A DNA stretch of 64,000 nt. Source: Vitrella brassicaformis CCMP3155 (taxonomy: Eukaryota; Protista; Chromerida). The notes below the pieces were generated by a model. That model was not told the origin of the DNA. It was given only the letters and a program-made list of their open reading frames with translations, and searched no databases. The translations under genes were made by a program, and so were the position numbers. The stretch covers positions 186,001 to 250,000 of the forward strand of contig CDMY01000738.1 of the NCBI GenBank assembly GCA_001179505.1. Direction: 5' to 3'. Shown piece after piece: positions 28,521 to 42,650 of this stretch (positions are counted from its first letter, which is position 1; every line of letters starts with the position of its first letter).

Positions 28521-29610
28521 CTGAGATATATGTGGAGAGAGAGAGGGGAGAGGGGGCGAGAGAAGGGGGGGCTGGGTGATTTTTCGGGCAGATGGGCTAA
28601 TTGGACGAGAGAGGGGTTGGTTGGTTGGTTTTTGTGTGTGGGTGCGTGTAGTGAGTGCGGAGTGCTTTTGGGTGTTAATTTGGTGCATGATACTATCATT
28701 CTCACGAGATGCGATTGCAGGGTGTGGTGGCTAGCTAGGACAGAAGTAGGGAAGTACAGAAGTGCCTGTAAGACGGGGGACGGGACGAGATGCTTTTACA
28801 GAGAGAAGCGATGCGATGGAACAGAGAGCCGGGGGCGCTCTGGTCTGATCGTATGCGGCCTGGTTGTCTGTCTGTCTGTCTGTCTGTGTGTGGGTATCTT
28901 GTTGTTGCTGTCTTCTGTACGGGGTTGGGGTCTGACGACCTGTGGTCAAGAACAGAGATTTTGACCAAGGATCTGTCGCCTCGACGCTGTAGGTGAGATG
29001 CAGCAAGAGACAGCACAGCACACATGACTTGTCTGTTCGCGCGATGGCCGTGGCGGGGTGCCTCTGATGATGGCAGACAGGAAGGGTGTGGTGTGTGTAT
29101 GGCCAGGGGAAGTTCTCTGCATACATACGTGTATATTAGCTACTCGACCGGCGGACGTGATGACGTGACACTCTTACTTACACTTCGTCCGATCCCTCTC
29201 TCTCGACTACCAATCTCAATCGGATTGACAGCGATGTGATATGTAGGCATCGAGTCGCCCACTGAGTGAACCGCACTCAATAAACCGCAACACCCTCCCT
29301 ACCTCGTCCTCGTATCATTTACACGCCCCCCCACGCCCCCACCAAACCGCCGCTGTACACAACACACATGAGCGCAAGTAGCAAAATCGCCTGACAGCCC
29401 TTTTTTTTTTCTGCAGTCAATCGCTATCGATAGACACACACATAGACAGATAAGAGACCAGAGGACGGGATGGATGCATCTTTGATGCACTCATTTCGCT
29501 TCATTGACAGACAGACAGACACGCAGAGAGACTGCTAAATGCTCGGTCGAACGAGCCATCTCGGTCACATATATCAGTCGGGTAAAGGAATCCCAGCACC
29601 ATACCTCACA

Positions 29611-31847
29611 TTACCTGAAACAGCACACGACCCACGCCATCCATATAAGTGACCATCGCTGCCACGTGACGCCTTCCTGCGCGTGCTCACTTCTCTTCGC
29701 GACGGTGTCGAGCTCAGCCACGTCGTCGGCCGTCAGCCGCCAGCCAAGAGCACCGATGTTGGAAGTCGCCTGCCGCAACCGACTCGCACCTACACACACA
29801 TCCACACACACACGTGTTGGTCGGTGGCTGCCTTGTGGGTCCTGTGTGGTGTGCAGACCAGACCTGGTATGGGTATGACGCCCTTGCTCACACACCAGTT
29901 GAGGGCCACCTGTGCAGGCTGCTTGTCGTACTTGTCTGCAAGTATCCTCAGCCTGTCGATGATCGGCGCCGCCTTTGGGAGCGTCCGCCGGTACAGCAGC
30001 CGGCGGGGCCCTTTGGGGTAGTTGGATGAGTCATCGGCCGAGTACTTGCCTGTGAGGAGCCCTTGTGCCAGCGGCGAGTAGGCCAGGATCTTGACGTTCA
30101 GCTCCTTGCAGGTGTCGTAGACGGCGAGCTCTTCCATTGGTGTCCTGTATAGCAAGCTGAACCTGACGCACAAAGTGAGACAACTAGGTCTCTCTCTCTC
30201 TCTCTGTGGCCTGGCTTACTGTATCTGATTGGTTGCGAGAGGAACGTTTCTCGCGGCCAGCTTGGCGTGCACTTTGCGCAGCATGTCTGAGCCATAGTTG
30301 CTCTGAGGAAAGAAAAACACACAGACAGACAGAGGCCTCCAGCGAGAGAGGTGCAGTGCCTGTGCGCACGAGTGCCTCTCTCCCGTGTGCATCGCGATGC
30401 CTACCACGCCAACAGCCCGCACCAATCCCTGCTCATAGCAATCTGCGCAAAAAAAAGCGACACGAAACGACTTCGTTCCCGAGCGCGTTCACACGATGGG
30501 GCGGCCCCTGTCTGTGTGTGGATTCCCTTCGCACCTGCGAGGCCGTCCCAGTAAGCCTCATTCTGCCACACCCCTGCAGGCAGGCCGAATCCCCCCCACA
30601 GCACATGGGATGAGCTGATGTCCACGTATTAAGTGTGTGTGCGTCAAAGCACCTGGGAAGTGTATCTGGTAGAGGTCAATCTGTGTCCTCCCCAGCCTCG
30701 CGAGCGAATCCCGACAAGCCTCGACCACAGCACGGCGACCCACACGCCACTGACACACACACAGCAAGCGGGCAGACAGATACCCACACATCGCGCCCTC
30801 CCGCATAGCCAGCCATCATGGTGGGCTTCCCACCGGCAATGGAGCGAATTTCGTCGCGACGATGGGTTTGGTCTTCTCTCTTGGCGGCTCACTCGGCGTG
30901 TTCGTCAGGTAGACCTTCTCGAAGTTGCCGAGAAGCCTCTCCGACTTGCCGAGGCCGTAGACCTGATGGATGCAATCAACAACCAGGCAGACCATGATTG
31001 ACGCGATGCGCCGATCTATCCAGGTCTTTCACACCTCTGCTGTGTCGACCAGGGTGATGCCGCTGTCCATGCACGTGTCAAATATACCCTGTGCACCCAG
31101 ACAGACAGACAGACAGCGTGTTGCGAAACCAATGTATGTCAGTTCAGGTGAGTCACCTGCAGCTCCGGGTCCATGTCGGGGGAGTAGCTCCAGTAACCGA
31201 ACGAGTCGCCCCACTGCCATGCGCCAACCCCTGCACACACAGACGCGCTGCCATCTTTGTGATAACACACTCATTCTGCCTAGGTACCCATTGGCGGCAC
31301 TTTGAGTCCTCCGGCCAGCGTTATCTGCTCCTCTTGGAAAGAGATCCCCGACCCGGCCTTGTCGTTCGCAACAGACACCGCATCCACTGTAGCAGCTGCT
31401 GCTGCTGCTGCTGACGCGCGTGGCTGCTGAAAAGCACTGCCGCACGATACCTTCCTTTTCGGGCCAACAGATGGGACGAACGACGACAAGTGGGAAGACC
31501 ACGATGGATGAAGTAGGAGAAGAGCTGTCCAGATCAACAGATGCACAGCCACTGCCCCACTGGATCTTACCAGCGGCGTGGCTGTGCGCTCGAATGAGAG
31601 ATGGGCCATGCTGCAGCGCTGACAGGCCGCCAACGGCAGACCGCAACAAAGGCTGCTTGAAACGTGACAGCAGCTGTGCCAAACCTCGCGATGTGCAGGG
31701 CCAAACCTCGCGATGTGCAGGGTTTCTTAGGGTATTGGGTTCATCAAAACGATCCCTAGAGAAGGGGTGGTCTGTCGGAGTTTCGGTGAAGGAAGCGCTC
31801 CACGCGAGCGATAAGAGCGCGTTCGTGCCTGCCAGCCACCATAACAT
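29611..31847 (-). CDS. Aldo-keto reductase (pyridoxal-reductase-like) with long N-terminal leader
   Basis: GITLVDTAEVYG, IVATKF, SLARLG..QIDLYQIHFP, VGVSNY, NQIQFSLL, AYSPLAQGLLTGKY, QVALNW, IPIPG. Ends approximate. Confidence 0.9.
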
Positions 31848-32086
31848 TCATCGCTCCCATTCCGCTTCCATCGCTACCTCTTGTGTTACCTGACATCGCC
31901 GCCGGCTCTCGGTGAGCAGCGCACTGAATGCATGCAGCCAGGAGGGCCGCAGAGAGGCAGGAACAACATCAGGGTGCATGCCTGCCTGATGGGCCAGGGG
32001 TCAATTCTGAGCGGTCCACAAGAATGCATTGTGGTGCTGTGTGTGTGGCGCAGGTGCCGCTTTGGTTGTAGACTTGACTGTTGAAG

Positions 32087-32766
32087 ATGGCTGACCCCGT
32101 AGGGCTGGCCATGTCTGGGATGAACCGTCGGCAGAACGCGAACCACCCGGAGGATCAGGAGCCCTCGTACAACGGTAGGAGAGGGGAGGGAGGCACATGG
32201 GCGGGCATTTGAGGGAGGCGGGGGATTGGGTGGGTGACTGAGTGGTCCATGTGCTGTGTGTGATGTGTGTGATGTTGTGTGTGGTGTTCAGGTCCCTTGA
32301 AGGTCGAGTTGCGTTTGGAGCAGAAGGCGCTGCCCCAGAACCGACAGATGGAGCTCTTCGCCGTGGTCGAACTCAAGCAGCCCAACAAAGACCATGACAA
32401 GAAGAAATTCGCCGGCAAAAAGGTAGGTAACCACACACACACACACCCTCTCACCCGCACACAATCCCTTGTCTGTGTCGGTCCTTCAGCGTTCCATTGA
32501 GGACGGGCCTGCCCCTGCGGCGGCTGCAGCTGCAGCTGCTGCCACAGGCACGAACAACTCGACCACTGACGAGGAGCTGCCTGAGGAGGAGGGTGGCATC
32601 GAGGGTGTGCCGATGGATTTGGTGTGCGTGCTGGACATCAGCGACTCCATGTGTGGGCCGAAGCTGGACAGCGTCCGCGAGACCATGGACTACATCATCC
32701 AACACGCTATGAAGGAGACTGACCGGTGGGGGTGGAGGCGGGCGACGCCAGGAATACCTTATCTTA

Positions 32767-32802
<36 letters not shown>

Positions 32803-34312
32803 TGTCAGTTTGGGCATAGTGATGTTCGACTCGGTGGCCGAGGTGCTGCTGCCGCTCAAGAATATGACACCCGAGAACAAGTCGGCGGCCATGGTCAACG
32901 GTATGCAATCAACTCACACACACATGGACACCCACACGCACACATGGATGGATGGGTGGATGAATGTGTGTGTCAGTTATGCGTTTGGCGTCTCGCGCAG
33001 CACCAAGAACTTCGTCTCGTCCATCTTCATGATCACAGACGGCCAGGTGTGTACGCCACATGAGCACACCACCACACACACACACTCATCGATGTCAATG
33101 GTGCGTGTGCAGGACAGCACGTCGCCCCAGCAGGTGCAGTCGTTGTCGCGCCGTTCGATGATGATGGGCACCTCATTCTACCCATTCGGTCTGGGGAGAG
33201 CAGCGCACCAGCACCAGCACCACACACACATGCACGCACACGCACACGCACTCGTGTGTGTTGTGTTGTCTGTCCGTCTGTGTGTGTCTGCCTGCCTGCC
33301 TGCCTCTCTGTGTGTGTGTGTTAGTGATCGGTTCTGACCACAACCAGAACATCATGTCCAAATTCGCGGAACTCCACAGCACCACATCCACCACAATAGA
33401 GGTACCTACCACATCACATGGACCTCACTAACTATGTGGCACACAACACACAGACGATATATAGCGCCAAGCATACAGCACAACACAGCACAGGACGTCT
33501 ATATATCGTCAGGACGTCAATAACTTATCGGAGCAGGTGGTAGCGCAGTTCTACAATGTGGTATGTCATGCTGCCAACACACACATGGCACACACGACAC
33601 ACAGACAGGGAAATGGCCTCTCTCTCTCTCTCCCTCTCTCTCTGTGTGTGTGTGTGTGTGTGCGTGTGTGCAGCGTGAGACGACTCTGAAGGACATCGAA
33701 CTCGAATTCAAGTTGGAGGCGAGAATGACCCCCCCACACACGCGCACACATAGACACAAACACCGTGTGGATTGATGTGTGTGTTTATGCGTCCAGGCGA
33801 CTGGTAGGGACAAGACGTTGATCAAGACTTTGCACATCGACTACCCCAACGAGATCAGCAGGGACAAGAAAAGCGCCACCATCAGGATACCGAGCCTCCT
33901 CAAAGGTGTGTGTGGGAGGGAGAGGGCACAGACAGCCCAGCAAACCACACACACCTTCCCCACCTCCCCTCTCTCTCTGTCTCTCTCTCTCTCTCTGTTC
34001 TCATCAGCTGAGTATCGCATCCTTCTGATCGAGTTGGAGGTGCCTGAGGAGTCCTTCTCGACTGACAAGGTAGGTCAGCCACCCACCCACCCACCCGTCT
34101 GCCTGCGTCTCTCTCCCTCTCTCTCCCATGTATTTATTCTATCTGTGCAGAGCACCCGCATCTTGTCGGTGAGCGGCAACTACAGCGACATGAGAGGCCC
34201 CAAGCTCCTCTCACTCACCCGAATCGTCGAGGCGTAGCCAGACGCTGAGGATGACGAGGGAGAGGGGGAGGGGGAGGACGTGCCCGAGAGCAAGAAACTG
34301 CGCCGGGAGTGA
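32087..34312 (+). CDS. von Willebrand factor A domain protein
   Basis: MDLVCVLDISDSM (DxSxS MIDAS), LGIVMFDS, IFMITDGQ, FYPFGLG; final exon ends SKKLRRE*. Confidence 0.82.
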
Positions 34313-34595
34313 TCAGCAGATAGAGATAGAGCGGGGGTGGGGTGGGTTGTGGGCGTGCGGCTTGATGGATGGATGGATGGACGGTCCCACTCGACAATTT
34401 CTTTTTTTTCGGATGGACGAAGGACGGATGAATGCATGACATCTCAATGGTAGCGTCGTCCATGCCTTTGCAAGCTCATGAATAATTTCTTCCTGTGTGA
34501 CCTTCACACCAAGTCAAAAAGCCAGTCCCTTGCACCCAATGTACAACAACACTAAAGCTGCAGAGAGGCCCTCCCCTCCCCTCCCCATGCGGCAG

Positions 34596-35778
34596 TCACG
34601 CCCCTTTGACTTCGTCTTGTCCATTGCCGTTCTGGTCCTGGCCATCTGTGGTGGGGAGCTTTCTGACGACCTTGCAGGGCACTCCCACAGCCACGCAGTC
34701 TGGCGGAATGCTCTTGGTCACCACACTGCCCGCGCCTATCACAGAGTTTCTGCAACCGTCGTGCGTGACACAGACCACAGTCAACAACGACTGTGCACTG
34801 CACGTGTGTGCGCAAATACATGCAAAGCCGACCTGCCGATCGTGACGCCGGGCATGACGCACACGCGGCCGCCGACCCACACATTGTCCTCAATGGTGAT
34901 GGGCTGACCATACCTGAACAGGGACATCAAACAAACAGCAAAGAACTCTGTGCAGGATGGGGTTGGCGGGCTGGGCTGCTCACTCACTCACTCGAGCTTG
35001 TCTTTGCGTTGCTGTGGGTCAAGAGGGTGGCCTGCATTCGTGGAATGCAGACAGACACACCATGGCAACACACCAGTAAGTCATCCATTTCTGTCGCCCC
35101 TCTGCGTATCGATGGATGGATGGATGGATGCACCCACCTCACCCCACCCCACCCCACCCCACCTCACCTGCTGTGTAGATGTGCACGCCCGGACCGAACT
35201 TGACAAACGAGCCGATCTTCACGGGCGCCACGTCAAGAATGACCGTGTCGTAGTTCATATACACATCTGACATAAAAACATACATGGACAGCACAGTGGC
35301 AGGCAGCGAGGGAGGAATCATTCTCTCAGCCTACATACCCCTGCCAAGCTCCGTGTTGAAGCCATAGTCCACCCGGAGCGGCGGCTCGATGAAGCTCCCC
35401 TCACCGACAGCCCCGAACAGCATCCGCAGGAGGGGCATGTTGGCCGCGGCGCTCACGTCAGCCGCTCGGCGGTTGTTGTAGGCCTCACAGATGATCTGCA
35501 AAGCAAGCAGCGTGGTTGATAGATCCGCATGGGGCGATTGTGTGCCTGCCTGCCGTCACTCACCTTGGCTTCTCTGAGGCCTGAATTGAGCAGCTCGTCC
35601 ACTCTGTACAGCTCCCCCGACACCTGAAATGACCACACCACAGTAGAACGAAGCAAAGCCAGCAGCTGCAGGCAGAGATGCCATCGGTGAGATCTTCTTC
35701 GTCTACCATCTTTCGAAACTCTTCGTTTTCGAAGCGTCGCCTCCGCGAAGCACCATCCTTCTCACGTATGAGATCCAT
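34596..35778 (-). CDS. maa: Maltose/galactoside O-acetyltransferase (hexapeptide repeat)
   Basis: [72 protein letters not shown]. Confidence 0.92.
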
Positions 35779-35897
35779 CTTGTGGGTTGCAGGGTTGAGG
35801 TTACAGGGTTTGCAACCCTGCCGATGCAGCGCACACCACACACAATAACCAAACCAAACACCAGGTTTTTTTGGCTTTCGCTCGAAGCTTAGACACG

Positions 35898-36621
35898 ATG
35901 AGTGAGGCGGAAGCAGAGCGGGAGGGAGAAGCGGAAGGAGGAGCTCATCGCAGCGGTCCCTCCAGTGGTGCTCGCTCCTATAGGGCTCATCCGTACCAAG
36001 GACCATACAACAGAGGCTCGGCTGACTCGGCGGGGCCAGCAGAGCAACCGGCGGAGGGCCAGGGCGATGCGGCAGCAAACAACACCACCAGCACCCACCT
36101 CAACATCAGGATCAACATGCAGCTTCTCGTAGGGGTCGACACCTGGGTGAGCGGAACGGAAAGATACGTGACTGCAATTCGGGTGACCGGAATGATACGT
36201 GTGTGTGTGTGTGCACAGGTATCAGGGACGCCCACACTGCATTTCAACATACGGTGAGCAGACACCGGCACACGCGGAGGGCAGGGCAGGGCAGGCCAGG
36301 CCAGGCCCCCCTATGGTGCGACCGGTCAATGCACTGCAGGCGGACCACTGCGCTGTGTCGCATGTTCGGCATCTACCTGGGCCGGCTGAGCGTGCCTCCC
36401 GAGCTGGAGCCCGGCCTGCACTACATGTGCGAATTCAACTACTTCGCCACCGACGGGCGGACACACACATTCACTAGCGAGACTAGCGTGACTGGCGGGG
36501 AGGTGGGCATGGCTGACGGTGACACGATCTACGCCAGACCGACGCCCGGCTCGGCACTGGTAAGCCACACGAGATGGATGGATGGATGGATGGAAGCGGG
36601 TGTCCGTGTGTGTGGACATTC

Positions 36622-36658
<37 letters not shown>

Positions 36659-37314
36659 TGTGTGTGGTATAGGATATGTGGCTGCGTGAGAGAGAGAGGG
36701 ACGAAGGTGACGTGCCGCAAGGGGGCATGCCGCAACCGGCAGACGGTCAGCATCACCTCACCACCACACACAGCAGAATGAAGGACTCATCAAAATGACC
36801 GGTCCCCCTTTCTTGCCCGCATTGGTTGGTTGCAGAGTCTGCCTCTCTGTCAGTGTTGATCAAGACCAGCAGGCTCTTCGCCTACGGCTGCGAGGCCACC
36901 ACTGACGCCGACGGCAAGCTAGAGACCACCGCGGGATCGTCATCCTCTCCGGTGGAGAGGACCGCGGCTGCAGCAGCGAGCGCGTCGTCCCTGGCCGAGC
37001 GGACGGACCAGGACACGTGCTCGATATGCCTCGACACATTCGCCACAGGACAGGTGTGTGCCTCGTTTGATTGGGTCAGACAGACAGACAGACAGACACA
37101 ACGACAGATGCTCTCATGAAGTCTCATCTCATTCATTGAGTCTCTGCAGGTGGTACGGCGGATTTTGAAGTGTGGTCACCAGTGGCATGCCGAGTGCGTC
37201 GACCCGCACTTTGCCCTCAAGGCGCACTGCCCGGTGTGCCGGCTAGACCTGAGGGAGGCCGCTGTCGAACAGCAGAATCAGGCGGGGGGCAAAGGGGGCG
37301 ATGCGCAGCATTGA
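35898..37314 (+). CDS. SUMO/ubiquitin-like domain + RING-H2 E3 ligase
   Basis: LHFNIRRTTALCRMFGIY...DG...GMADGDTIYA (SUMO-like pattern); CSICLDTF...CGHQWHAECV...CPVCR (C3H2C3 RING). Confidence 0.8.
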
Positions 37315-37898
37315 CTGACCGACAGGCAGGGGCAGAAACCTTCCGCATGAGCATGATCCAATAAGCGGAAGTTTCTCAGTGAATGCGTGTAAGAAGCTCA
37401 TGAGCAAGGCCTTCCTTCGCCATCCACACACGAGCCAGTGGATGGAGATGGGGGACAGACACAGCACATAAGCTGGCCAATTGGTCAGAAAAGACTGTAT
37501 GAGGGCCGGCGAATTCAGGTCTTTGCTCATTGTCACTGTTGCCAGTGTTGAATGCATTGGCGGGCAGCAAAAGAGTCATCAGGCAGGCAGATAGACACAG
37601 GCGATGCACGAACGCCGTCAAAACGATCAGAGCCTTCCTTTGCACTGTTGTTCGGCCATGGACGGTGCCGTCCAGACACCAGGCAGGCAGGCAGTCAGGC
37701 AGGCAAGAGCCACACAGGCAGGCAGACACACAGGCACCCCTGCAAAAGGCCGACAAACGGCAGGAAGGGAAAAGCGGTCATCACTCAGTTCACTGATCTG
37801 CTCATTAGCTGAACTGCCAAACATCTCCCTATATATGCATCCCTCCCTCCCTATATTCCACTCACAAGTAGCCATGCCTGCCTGCCTGCCTGCCTCCT

Positions 37899-40800
37899 TC
37901 ATTTGGGGAGCAGCATCTCGCGCAGGAAGGTCCTCTGTGCATTCTTGTCGTTGGCCTTGGGCATCCGGACGCCCCGGCGCCCCGCTTCCACCCTGTACTC
38001 GCTGCAGAGCGCCGCCACCGACTCGGCCGGGAGGCTGTTGACGAAGGCCAGGCGGTCGTCGGTCTTGAGAGTGAAGGTGGCGACCTTGACGTTGCTCTTG
38101 ATGCTCATCTCGCACTCCTCGTCATGGCCGTCTGTGTTGGTCGTCAGGGACAGCTGCACGGCGTAGTAGCTGACCTTGCTGAGGGTGGCCAGCTTAATGG
38201 GCGGCGGGATCACCGTTTTGTACTCGTTGCTGGGTGCCGTGTCGTCAGCAGCAGAGCTGACGGAGCACTCGGCCGGCTGCAGGGTCACCCGCTTAAGCAG
38301 CTTGTCGCCACGGACCAGCTGAGGGTGCTGCGATTCGTCGGATGCGTCAGTGTCGTCATCATAGGGGCCGTAGATGGACACCTCAAACTCCTCCCCCTTC
38401 TTCGGCTTGGGCCCGCAGAACCACAAGCACTCAATGCAGTTGCGCGACAGGAACGCCTTGGCCGACAGCAGATCCACTCGCGGCGCCCTCGACCCGAACT
38501 CGGGCTTGGCTGCTGCTGCTGCTGCTGCCTTTGCCTTGGCTCCCACTGTCATCTTGACCCTCTTTTTGTCGCGAGACTCCGCCTCATCCAGGTTGACGGG
38601 GCTGCCCGCCGCAATGCCGCCGCCACCAGCGGCCCCCCCTTTGGCACCACCGAACAAGAAGGGCGATGGAGGGCGGCCGCGGAAGTAATCGAAGGTCGAC
38701 GGGCGGGAGGGCCGGGGGAAGCCGGTGAAGCCGGCAGGCTGTGCGAATCCGCTGAAGACGAAGGGAGATGGAGAGGGGGAGCCGCCCACGGGGACACCAG
38801 CAGCAGCTGCTGCTGCAGCGGCAGCGTGAGCCGTCTGCTTGGGCCTGACGTGGGGCTGTCGAGAGGCCGTGCTTGGTGCAGCAGCTGCTGCTGGGCCCTT
38901 GGCGAACGGCGGACGGAGCTGCCCTGGGATGTGGGGGGTGCGGTGGCCGAAGTGGGGTGATGGTGTTGCGGAGGGGTGGGCGACCAGGCCTGAATGGGCT
39001 GGTGGGGGAGGGCGTGGCGAGCCGACGGCCTTGCAGGGGTGGTACTGAATGATGCATGCGACATACATACACACACACACACACCACACGCACAGATGCG
39101 GATCAGTGGATCAACGCATGCAGGTGGCTGGCTGCAGCGATGCGGTGCTTACTCTTGTCTTCTCGTGGAAGGCCTGTCTGCATGCCGCGTACGACTCGTT
39201 GACCTGAACACACAGACACACGCACAGACAGACAGACAGACAGACACGAAATAGAGAGTTTTTTCTATCAACAGCTCTTTGTCTACCCACCCTCCGGCCG
39301 ACCTACCCGAGTGATTGCCTGTGTTGCTTCCTGCTTCTCACTCGCTGGCGCCTCCTCGAAGTTGATCTTGTCGGGATGGACCATCAGCTGCAGCTTCCTG
39401 TGGTTCGCCTTCACCTGACACACACAATCACACACACAACAGACAAATATGCAGTCATGGGGGACCCCGTTGTGTGCCCCCGTCTCCCCAGTTAGTCTCA
39501 CCATTTCGTCCGTCGCGAACCGTGCGTCAAGGCCGAGCACCCAAAAGTGGTATTGCTCGCCACGGGGCAGCCGGTTGACCCACCGGACGACCGCCATCTG
39601 ATCACGATGCTTCCGCGCGCGCTCGTGACGCTCCTTCTCAGCTTGGTGCTGGCACACACACCCAGAGAGAGATCCATGTGTGTTGTGTGTTGGATTGTAC
39701 GGCATTGCGTGTGTGGTGTGGGGCCCCACCTACCTTTCGTCGCTTCTCTGCCTCAGGGTCTTCGCCGAGTGCCTTCTGCCTGCTCATGTCGTATTCGTCC
39801 TTGGCGGATGTGAGCAGCATGAACGCCTCACGCACAGGGGGAACCCGCAGGTGCTCCTCAAAAAGGCCCTTCAACGTCGTGTGACAAAACACCACCTGAA
39901 CCACATCCATCCATCCATCCATTTGTGCGGGCGGCCCTGCCCACCCACCTGTTCCTCTGGTGTGTCTTCGGCCAGCCCCAGGAGGCTCTGCACCGATACC
40001 GCATCGCTGCTGAGCGAGTGAATGCGCATAAGGTTCTCAAACACGGTGTCGTTGAGGGCCAGGAGGGTCTCCACCGATGCGTCGAGGAGCCCAGTGGCGC
40101 GGTCGCGCTCCTCATCGTCGGTGTGGTCCTGGATGGCCGACCGCACGAGCGATGCCTGGGCCGTGACAAAGCTGCGCAGCTCCTTGACAGTGCGGTCCAC
40201 GGGGAAAGCCACGCGACTCCCTGACCAAACGAACAAGCGAACGAACGAACAACACGTCATTCCATCACTTAACGCATTGCATTCCGTGTGTGGGATGTGT
40301 GTGTGGCTGCACACTCACCTAGGCCAAGGTATGCGATAGCGTTCTCATCCCTCTCCCTCAGGATGGCACCAACGGTCTCGCCCGCATCGATGGCGGGCTT
40401 CCCAGCTGCACCGGCTCCCAAAGCCGCAGCAGCCGCAGCAGAAGCAGCAGCGGCGGCGGCGGCGGCGGCGGCACATGCCTCCTCTCCCTGGGCGGCCTCC
40501 TCAGGCACTGGGCTTGCCACTGGACCTTCATCTGGAGGGTGGACGTGGAGGCCGCTGGGTGACATGCCCATCCCCTCCTGCTGCTGCCTGGGCTCCTCGT
40601 CCGAGCCGTGCTCGGGGGGCGCCTCTGGTGTCTGCTCGTCTTCCTGACGAGGCTCCGTCACAGCTTTCGTGTGGTCCTTCTCGGCCTCTGCCGCCTGCTG
40701 GGGGGCCTCATATAGCGGCTCTGGCGATGCCTGCTCGCCAGAGTGGTCTCCCTCTTGTGGCTCCTGCTGCCGCACTGTCGGCTGCGTCTCCTGAGGCTCC

Positions 40801-42650
40801 TCGGCCGGGAGGTGCTTCGCTCTGTCGGGCGAAGGAGCGCCTCTCTGGTCAGCTGGAGGGATGGGTGGCGGCGGGCCAGGGGAAGTCGCCGCAGCAGCTG
40901 GGTCAGACGCCGCTGGCTGCGGGATGTGTGGCGGTCGGGGAGGAGGTGGGGGTGGGGGCGAGGGCATGTCGCCCCCGTAGCCGTCGTACCTCTGCTGGTG
41001 AGCCATCTCATCCAGATGCCGCTGGAGGCTGGGGTCGGCCGACCGGAGCCCTCCCATCCCTCCCGGGCTTCCGTCCCCACGTGCCACCTTCCTGGCCTTC
41101 CCGGCAGGCGAACGCCGGCCTCTGCCTCGCCCACCCACCTCCTCGCCCGATGAAGGTGACGCTCCCTCTTCGCCCCCGGACGAAGCATCGCCTTTCTTGC
41201 GCTTGCGGATGGGGGATGGGGTGGCCTTGGCGGCACTGCGAGGGACGCGGTCAGATGGGGTGCGGCCGCGTCGGCGTCTCGCGTGGCCCCGCTGGCGCTT
41301 GGCCTCGGCTCGTGTGAGGGGTTTGGAGGGCCCCGGGCCCTCCTCCTCCGTGATCTCGCCGTCCTCGCACTCGTCCAAGTCGTCATCGAGGTTGATCTGG
41401 TCGATCTGTTGAGGACCCTGCTTGCGGGGGAGCCGCTGCCGCTGCTTGGCACGGCCACGGCCAGGGCGGGAAGGGCCTGACGGCTGGCTCGGGGACGGCA
41501 CCCCACCATCTGCACACACACAGGGAAACAAACGCATGGATCAACAGTCAGTCCGCCCACACACCGACCGTGTTGTACTCGTTCGTCTTCGGCACTCACC
41601 TCTTCTGGGTCTCGGTCTGCTGCCGCAGGAGGGTCTTCTGCCCCAATCCTCCTCTCCCTGCTCGTTTTCCTCTCCTTGCTCGTCCTCCTCCTCGTTCTCA
41701 TCCTCATCGTCATCACACACAATCGGCTCCCCCGCGCGGCTGCCCTTCCCCTGCAGCATGCTGCTGGTGCTCCCGCCGTCGCCCTCATGCACTCGCTGCC
41801 TCTTGACGTTGACGTTGGCTGCGGCCGCCGCCGCCCGGCCGGGCCGCCGGGCCTCATCGCTGCTGCTGTCGACCACCTGAGCCGCGACGGAGTCTCGGGC
41901 CCGTTTGGAGGAGAGAGGGGGGAGGGGAGGGGGAGGGTACTGGTCGAGCTGCTTGACGAAGCTGCTGAGGACCTTCTGGTGATCGAATTTGACGGGAGCG
42001 TCAGGTCGGTGGTGGAGGGTGAGGAGGAAGTTGGCCTTGTCCCACCAGCAGCACTCCGCCTGGCTGAGCGTGAACAGACGACGGACGAGCTCGTCGCGCA
42101 TGGTGGCTGCACGGGCCTCCGAGAGCAACGACCTGACATGACAGAGGGGGGGAATAGACACACACAAGGAACAGTCAGGGCAGGGTCGATGGATGCGATG
42201 CATGCAGCCAATCACACGTACTCAGAGATCTTGGTCTGAACTTCTGCAAACGCGGCCTCTGGACGAATCTGCAAACACGCACAGCACACACAAGGATGTA
42301 TCAGTGAGATGGATGCACCCATCCATGCGGTATGATATGTGATGCATGGCCACTCTATCTACCTCTCTCTCCCGCAGCTGCATGTGTATCTCGACCACAT
42401 CTTTCCTTCTCTGCGCGTCATCCTCTGCAGCACCCTCCTCCTCCTCCTCCTCCTCCTCCTGTCCCCGGCCTCTCTCCTTGGACTCAATCAACGGCACCAG
42501 CCGCCCAAACAGGTTGCGCATGCCCCGCTGAGTCAACAGCCATCTCTCCAGATCCGCCAGCCTTGTCCTACTCGCCAGGAAGTCGTTCTTGGACATCGGG
42601 GCGGCATTCGCTGCAGCGCTCGCGGGCTCGGCGCTGTCTTCGGCCTCCAT
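37899..42650 (-). CDS. Large J-domain (DnaJ type III) protein
   Basis: FWVLGLD...VKANHRKLQLMVHPDK...VNESY J-domain with HPD, flanked by long Pro/Ala/Glu-rich regions. Start uncertain (42650-42731). Confidence 0.78.

Noticed and set aside
29158-29266. GTGATGA ... CTGA spacing resembling a C/D snoRNA
   Set aside because: No terminal stem or recognisable rRNA guide; these short motifs are common by chance.
34169-34312. In-frame TAG (34235-34237) followed by 24 sense codons in the VWA gene, suggesting stop readthrough
   Set aside because: A 69-nt phase-0 intron (gtgagc at 34169 to gcgtag at 34237, with a pyrimidine tract) removes the stop.
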